This document shows, in pieces, positions 47,666 through 53,352 of a stretch of DNA of 53,352 nucleotides. The notes below the pieces were generated by a model. The model did not search any database and was not told where the DNA came from. It was given only the letters and a program-made list of their open reading frames with translations. The DNA is from Alphaproteobacteria bacterium (GTDB taxonomy: Bacteria; Pseudomonadota; Alphaproteobacteria; Rs-D84): assembly GCA_017520675.1 (NCBI GenBank), contig JAFXFG010000006.1, positions 1 through 53,352 on the forward strand. Direction: 5' to 3'. The translations under genes and the position numbers were made by a program. The number at the start of each line of letters is the position of its first letter. Positions within the stretch are counted from its first letter, which is position 1.

Positions 47666-49024
47666 TTATTTTACAATTTCCAACAGTTTATCTTTGATTT
47701 CTGCGATTGGAACGCGTTCTTGTTCCATTGTATCGCGATGGCGCAGTGTAACGGTATTATCTTCCATTGTTTGATGGTCAACTGTTATACAAACAGGTGT
47801 ACCGATTTCATCGTGTCTGCGATAATTCTTGCCGATATTCCCGGAATTTTCCAGTTCAATGCGTCCGATTCCCAACCTGCGTAAATCGCGCACAATTTCA
47901 TTAGAAATATTTAACAGTTCTGGAACATTACGCGCCAAAGGAATCACAGCGGCCTTAACTGGTGCTAATGCAGGCTTTAATTTCAACACAGTGCGCGATT
48001 TACCGTCGCCCAGGTCTTCTTCATTATAAGCCTCTATCATCACTGCCAACATTGCGCGATTAATCCCCATTGCTGTTTCGATAACATAGGGTAAAAATGT
48101 TTTTCCGCTTTGTGGATCGCTGAACGCAAGTTTTGTAATACTATCTTTATTTTCTATGACATTTGCGTTAATTTCCATTTCCTTTTGTCCTTTGGTATGC
48201 GAACCTAAATCAAAGTCCTGACGATTATGTATTCCTTCGACTTCGTCAAACCCATCTGGAAATTCGTATTCGATATCAACGGCGGCCTTGGCATAGTGCG
48301 CCAACTTTTCGTGTGGTGCAAAGCGCAATTTTTCTGCAGGTATTCCCAACACATTAATCCACCAAGCCAGTCTTTCGTCCATCCAGATTTTATGGAATTT
48401 TTCATCATCGGCTGGATTGACAAAGTACTGCATTTCTGCCTGTTCAAATTCACGCATACGGAACACAAATCCACGCGGAGAAATTTCATTACGGAACGCT
48501 TTACCAATTTGTGCAATACCGAATGGCAGTTTGTGTGGTTTTGCATCCAGAACATTCTTGAAATTAGTATATGTCGTTGTTGCTGTTTCTGGTCGCAGAT
48601 ATGCGTTTATTGCGCCATCTGCGGTTGCACCAATTGACAGTCCCATCATCAACTGATACGCGCGTGGTTCTGTTATTTCAGTACTGCCACAATTATCACA
48701 TTTTGATTGGTCTTTCATTTTATCCTGACGCATACGCGCGCCACATTTTTTACATTCGACCAAAGGGTCTGAAAATCCAGCCTCGTGCCCAGAATATTTC
48801 CACATAAGGCGATTTGTAATCAGTGCAGCATCCAGTCCTTCGATATCATCGCGTGAATAAATCATCGCATTCCACCATGCATCACGAATATTCTTCATCA
48901 GTTCGACACCATACGGGCCATAATCATATGCCCCGCCCAGACCACCGTATATTTCCGAGCCCGTAAATATAAAACCGCGTCGTTTACAAAGTGCGACAAT
49001 ATCATTAACTGTTTTTGCTGCCAT
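47666..49024 (-). CDS. glyQS: Glycine--tRNA ligase, homodimeric (alpha2) type
   Basis: LCKRRGF, SEIYGG, YDYGPYG, YLRPET, GKAFRNEISP, REFEQ, PYVIE and an HGTP anticodon domain. Confidence 0.93.
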   Translation of the reverse strand: MAAKTVNDIVALCKRRGFIFTGSEIYGGLGGAYDYGPYGVELMKNIRDAWWNAMIYSRDDIEGLDAALITNRLMWKYSGHEAGFSDPLVECKKCGARMRQDKMKDQSKCDNCGSTEITEPRAYQLMMGLSIGATADGAINAYLRPETATTTYTNFKNVLDAKPHKLPFGIAQIGKAFRNEISPRGFVFRMREFEQAEMQYFVNPADDEKFHKIWMDERLAWWINVLGIPAEKLRFAPHEKLAHYAKAAVDIEYEFPDGFDEVEGIHNRQDFDLGSHTKGQKEMEINANVIENKDSITKLAFSDPQSGKTFLPYVIETAMGINRAMLAVMIEAYNEEDLGDGKSRTVLKLKPALAPVKAAVIPLARNVPELLNISNEIVRDLRRLGIGRIELENSGNIGKNYRRHDEIGTPVCITVDHQTMEDNTVTLRHRDTMEQERVPIAEIKDKLLEIVK

Positions 49025-49123
49025 AATTTTTTCCCTTTATTAAAGTTTTGTTTTATATATTAAACTGATTTCTGTTATCTGCAAGATTAATTTTATTTTA
49101 AAACCCGCATTCGCGGGTTATAT

Positions 49124-50494
49124 TTATGGACACTGTTCTAATTGTTTTAACACATTTTGCACATCGTTATTAATAGACACTGTTATTTCGCGTTGTAATC
49201 CATCTTTAAAAGTATAATAGAACGGTATATTTTTAAATTCTGGCATAAATTGATAAACTTGTTGAAACGGTGCCAACATAGCCTTGAACCATTGTCTGCC
49301 ACGACATAGGCAACCATTTCTAACATCTGCTGCCACAACAGATGTTGCTGTGTTTGGATATTTGGAATCCAGGTCATAGTCAGTCATCATCAAGCAACGC
49401 GATCCGATACCATAGAAATTAGCATCGTCGACCAAGAACTTATATATAAGCCCATCAGATGCGCCGGCTTGTTTTAGTTTGTATGCCATACCGTCTGTGC
49501 AACATGCATTGGCGGATCGCATCAGCATTTTATATCTGTCCAACAAAGGTGCGGCAGTTGGGTGTGATGCATCAATATCTGGGTTACAATGTGCTGCATC
49601 CAAGAAATCTGCGATATTTGCACCACGCAACTTGGAACTGCGTGGCGAAACTGTTTCGTGCACGATTGGTTTTCTGCGCCAAATTTCGCATTCTGTAAAA
49701 GAATCAAATGGACAACCGTCATCGACCAGAACGACTGTATCAGTCTGTTTTGTAAAAGTTTTCTCTACAATTTTAGTCATATCCTGTGCCAGATATTTTG
49801 ACTCAGGTTGTGTCAGAGCCGCTGATTGTTCTGGTGTTTCGATTTTTGTTTCTGTTTGTTCAGTATTTTCGAACCACAGGTTTCCGATTGGTTTTTGCGG
49901 TGCTAACAATTCTTCAACGCGTGCGCGTGTTGCAACAGCATCTTCCATAGTACTCAGGTACAAATCTTTTGGACTTTTAATTAAATCTTCTTCAGCTGAA
50001 ACTTCGCGCAAATAAATTTCTGGTGTTGGTTTCAAGAACCAGTCGCTAAAATCCTTGTATTTATAACTTGCGATTGAGTCATCCCAGATTGGCACACCAT
50101 CTATCCAGTCCACCGTTTGTGTTGCATCAGCACCAGTATATTCACCTATGACACCGTCCCACAGTGGTGGTCTGTTATCCTCAGGTACAGGTTTAATAGT
50201 CAGCAACTTTGCCTCAACGATTGCTTCTGGTTTTTGTTCTATTTTTAACTCTGGCACTTCTGCGGCCATCGGGTCAGAATCCAGCCAAGTTGGTATTTCT
50301 TCTGCTGGAACATCAGGCAAATCAGGCGTTGCAAAGATAATCATTTCTGGTTTTTGTTCGAATTCAACTAATTCGAATTCCTCGAACATCATCGGTTCGA
50401 TATCACAGTCTGTACCAGTGCAATCAGACGCGTGTGCAGACAGCACCGTCAACATGGTCGCCAAGGACCCAAAAATCAAATTTGTGGTTTTCAT
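49124..50494 (-). CDS. Secreted hypothetical protein (acidic N-half, Cys-rich C-domain)
   Basis: Signal peptide ending AHA; CP....EC, ACC and GCLC motifs. Confidence 0.75.
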   Translation of the reverse strand: MKTTNLIFGSLATMLTVLSAHASDCTGTDCDIEPMMFEEFELVEFEQKPEMIIFATPDLPDVPAEEIPTWLDSDPMAAEVPELKIEQKPEAIVEAKLLTIKPVPEDNRPPLWDGVIGEYTGADATQTVDWIDGVPIWDDSIASYKYKDFSDWFLKPTPEIYLREVSAEEDLIKSPKDLYLSTMEDAVATRARVEELLAPQKPIGNLWFENTEQTETKIETPEQSAALTQPESKYLAQDMTKIVEKTFTKQTDTVVLVDDGCPFDSFTECEIWRRKPIVHETVSPRSSKLRGANIADFLDAAHCNPDIDASHPTAAPLLDRYKMLMRSANACCTDGMAYKLKQAGASDGLIYKFLVDDANFYGIGSRCLMMTDYDLDSKYPNTATSVVAADVRNGCLCRGRQWFKAMLAPFQQVYQFMPEFKNIPFYYTFKDGLQREITVSINNDVQNVLKQLEQCP

Positions 50495-50618
50495 ACCTAA
50501 TATTATATCACAAATTACAGTGCAATAAAAACAAAATTTACAGTCATTTTTTTAGAGAATTATTTTTCTATTTATAGTAAACTAAGAATATAATCACAAC
50601 AACACCAAAGGAAAGAAA

Positions 50619-51599
50619 ATGAAAAAAATATCAATTTTTACAATTTTGTCAGTATTAACAGTTCCTGCATTTGCAGAAGAAGCGGAAACAACAGATATCG
50701 TCCCTGCTGAAACTAGTACAGGGGTGGTCGCCACCACAGATGGGTCTCTTGACACAGACAAGGCGCTGGGTGATTCTGCCTTGGCTGAACCGACAGTAAT
50801 AGATGAAGTTGTTGCAACAGAACGCGAAAAAATGCCATTCTGGCGTGGTTTTCAAATTGGGGCTGGTATTTCTGCGACTGGTGGTGTGAACGGCTTTATT
50901 GGGTATGCAAATAAAGACTTCGATTCATTCTGGGCAAAAAGATTTGGTGTGCGTCTTGATTTTGCAACCACCAGCCCAGTTAAGTCAACAATAGATGATG
51001 GTATTGAAAGTATTCTTGGCGACGAAGGAATTGACATTGGTGATGGTTTGTCTGTAAACAATTTAAATTTATCGGCTAAGCATTTTGCTGCATTACTAGA
51101 TTTTTATCCGTTTGGCAACACATGGTTTTTGGGTGGCTGGCGCTTGACTGGTGGTTACTATATGGGTGAAATGCACGCAACTGCCAATATCGCAGGCGAA
51201 ATAGACGGTATTTCTGGTGATGTATATGAATTTGAATTAAACGGTACGCAATTTAGATATACAGGCAATTCTGTTCATGGATCTGCGGGGTTTGATTGGG
51301 ATTATCGTGGACCATACATTGGAACAGGTTTTGATATTGGTTTGTTTGCTGGTTTAAAGATTTATCTTGATGCAGGTGTGGTCTTTACAAATCGCGCAGC
51401 GCAACTGGGGCTAGATGTTCCTTTTGCAGGATTGGAAATAAATCAAAATGGGACTTGGGAAAGTGTCGAAGGCGAAAATAATCCGTTACAATCGGTTGTT
51501 GATGACATAATTGCAGATACTTTGTCGGATGCTCAGTCTGATTTAGATGATTTAAAATTCTATCCGATTGTAAAGCTTGGATTTATGTACCGCTTCTAA
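50619..51599 (+). CDS. Outer-membrane beta-barrel protein
   Basis: Signal peptide, LLDFYPF, GPYIGTGF and C-terminal KLGFMYRF beta-signal. Confidence 0.8.
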   Translation: MKKISIFTILSVLTVPAFAEEAETTDIVPAETSTGVVATTDGSLDTDKALGDSALAEPTVIDEVVATEREKMPFWRGFQIGAGISATGGVNGFIGYANKDFDSFWAKRFGVRLDFATTSPVKSTIDDGIESILGDEGIDIGDGLSVNNLNLSAKHFAALLDFYPFGNTWFLGGWRLTGGYYMGEMHATANIAGEIDGISGDVYEFELNGTQFRYTGNSVHGSAGFDWDYRGPYIGTGFDIGLFAGLKIYLDAGVVFTNRAAQLGLDVPFAGLEINQNGTWESVEGENNPLQSVVDDIIADTLSDAQSDLDDLKFYPIVKLGFMYRF

Positions 51600-51691
51600 A
51601 AAACAATAAGACCGCATTTTCTTGCGGTCTTTTTTTTATCAGGTTTTTATGCCCATTGCTAAGTGGGCTGTGTTTTATATATGATTTATTT

Positions 51692-52483
51692 ATGAAGAAA
51701 ATAATATTGCCTGTATTTATGTGTTGTTTTTGTGTGTCTGCATGGGCTAATTTTGCGGATGGTTTTTACATTGGTACTGGCGTATCGGCAACCAGTGGTT
51801 TGAATTTAATAACAGGTTATTATAATCCAGACATAAAACCGGCTTGGTTAAGTCATTTTGGTCTGCGAATCGATTTTGCGACATCGAACCCCTTAAAGTC
51901 AGTAATCGATTCGGCAATTGACTCATATATGCGCGATGGTCGTGATGTTGGAGATGATGTAAAGATAGATGATGGAAAATTGGATGCTTGGCATGCTGGG
52001 GTATTGTTAGATTATTTTCCATTTGCAGGCGCTTGGCGTATATCTGCTGGCTACATGCTGGGAAATGCGACATTGGATTCTGCTATATTTGGCGAAGTGG
52101 CTCAGGCGCCGTCCCAGCGTTTTTATTTTTACCTTGCTGGGGACCACTACTATTATAATGGGAATTATTTTGATGGGGCTGCCAAAATAAATTGGAAATA
52201 TTCCGGGCCTTATTTTGGAACAGGCTTTGATATCGGTCTGGGGTGTGGTTTTGATATGTACCTAGATGCTGGTGTTGTTTTGACAGCTAAGTCCGCGACA
52301 ATGTCGCTTAGTATTCCACACCAACAGTTGTATATATATAATAAAGATACAGATGCGTGGTCGCCTGTGGAAATTCCACAATTAACCGCAGATGTTTTGC
52401 GTGCAGAACAAGATGCGAATCGAAAATTGTCTGATATACGGGTTTATCCAATGGTAAAAATCGGTTTTTTATATCGATTTTAG
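51692..52483 (+). CDS. Outer-membrane beta-barrel protein, paralog of 50619-51599
   Basis: LLDYFPF, GPYFGTGF, KIGFLYRF. Start MKKII at 51692. Confidence 0.8.
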   Translation: MKKIILPVFMCCFCVSAWANFADGFYIGTGVSATSGLNLITGYYNPDIKPAWLSHFGLRIDFATSNPLKSVIDSAIDSYMRDGRDVGDDVKIDDGKLDAWHAGVLLDYFPFAGAWRISAGYMLGNATLDSAIFGEVAQAPSQRFYFYLAGDHYYYNGNYFDGAAKINWKYSGPYFGTGFDIGLGCGFDMYLDAGVVLTAKSATMSLSIPHQQLYIYNKDTDAWSPVEIPQLTADVLRAEQDANRKLSDIRVYPMVKIGFLYRF

Positions 52484-52661
52484 ACGAATCGGGCATAAAT
52501 TTATTGCGAATCGTGTTGTATCCCGAATCGTAAAATGAAAAAACGAATCAAAATTTGATATAATCGAAAAAAAATTAAAAAAACAAAACAGAAAAAAAGT
52601 GCGGATTTCTGCGGTTTTTAGAAAAAAATAAATTTTTTGAAAAATATTTCTGAATTTTTTC

Positions 52662-52690
52662 TTGACTTTCTGAAAGTTTAAGCGCATACT
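52662..52690 (+). promoter_or_regulatory. Probable rRNA promoter
   Basis: TTGACT-17-CATACT, preceded by A/T tracts (UP-element-like) and followed by GCGGGC. Confidence 0.6.
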
Positions 52691-53032
52691 AAGCGGGCTT
52701 TCAAGTTGAGACAACGAACAAAAAAGAAACTCAACCCCTGAAATTCTGCGGTTTACGGAACAAACGGTAAGAAACAGGTTCCTGTAGAACACGCAAACAT
52801 TGTGAATAAAAGCAGCTCATCAAAATTCAAGAAGGGATGTGCAGACAGTTGAATTTGGAAATATCCAAACTTTGACTAAGTCAAATGTGCATATCCTAGA
52901 CAGGTAGTAGGTTTACATAATAAACCTCGTTAAAAACTTGTCTTGCGAATAATATATATATGTAAAGACGAACTGATTTTTAAAAAGTCAGCTTTTGTTT
53001 TATATGCACAGGACTTAACTACAGGTTTTTTA

Positions 53033-53352
53033 GAACTTGAGAGTTTGATCCTGGCTCAGAACGAACGCTGGCGGCAGGTCTTAGGCATGCAAGTCGAACG
53101 GGTGAAACAGGTGCTTGCACTTGTGGATCTAGTGGCGCACGAGTGAGTAACGCGTGGGAAACTGCCCACCACTGGGGAATAACGTTTGGAAACGAACGCT
53201 AATACCGCATACGCCGGAAACGGGAAAGATTTATCGGTGGTGGATGTGCCCGCGTTGGATTAGCTTGTTGGTGGGGTAATGGCCTACCAAGGCGATGATC
53301 CATAGCTGGTCTGAGAGGACGATCAGCCACGCTGGAACTGAGACACGGTCCA
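53033..53352 (+). rRNA. rrs: 16S rRNA, 5' part (runs off the window)
   Basis: AGAGTTTGATCCTGGCTCAG, GAGTAACGCGTGGGAA, GCTAATACCG, GGTCTGAGAGG, GAACTGAGACACGGTCCA. Confidence 0.98.

Noticed and set aside
52469-53146. ORFs 52469-52792 and 52943-53146
   Set aside because: They fall in the rRNA promoter/leader and the 16S gene.

Overview
AT-rich chromosomal window from an Alphaproteobacterium. The partial 16S at the right end carries the AACGAACGCTGGCGGCAGG signature, and the compact, divergent gene set suggests a small-genome host-associated lineage such as Rs-D84 (inference). Most of the window is housekeeping: der, rsmE, rluB, skp, lptF-lptD-surA, rlmN, rpoH, xseB, mutS, truB, rpsO, rmuC, def-fmt-truA, comEC, glyQS, tRNA-Glu and tRNA-Val. 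It also holds a type IVb pilus sub-operon (pilOPQR-like), a stand-alone VirD4-like coupling protein and many lineage-specific secreted proteins. Best candidate for an undescribed system: three C4-antisense-like RNA modules with no phage context (about 26551-26828 -, 26856-27226 -, 43401-43595 +). They share one architecture (promoter, 5' hairpin, a/b target boxes, hairpin, three-stem cloverleaf exposing a'/b', terminator), but each carries a different, self-matching a/b code, and two lie directly upstream of surface/secreted-protein genes. Other notable signals: (i) a GIY-YIG gene with about 120-bp GAA/GTA-bulged hairpin repeats bracketing variable cargo genes (1-3543); (ii) a shared Q-x-[T/N]-[K/R]-stop C-terminus on unrelated small orphan proteins, possibly a T4SS signal; (iii) duplicated 'hydrophobic-helix protein + variable secreted partner' cassettes. 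All calls were made by eye from motifs; no searches were run.
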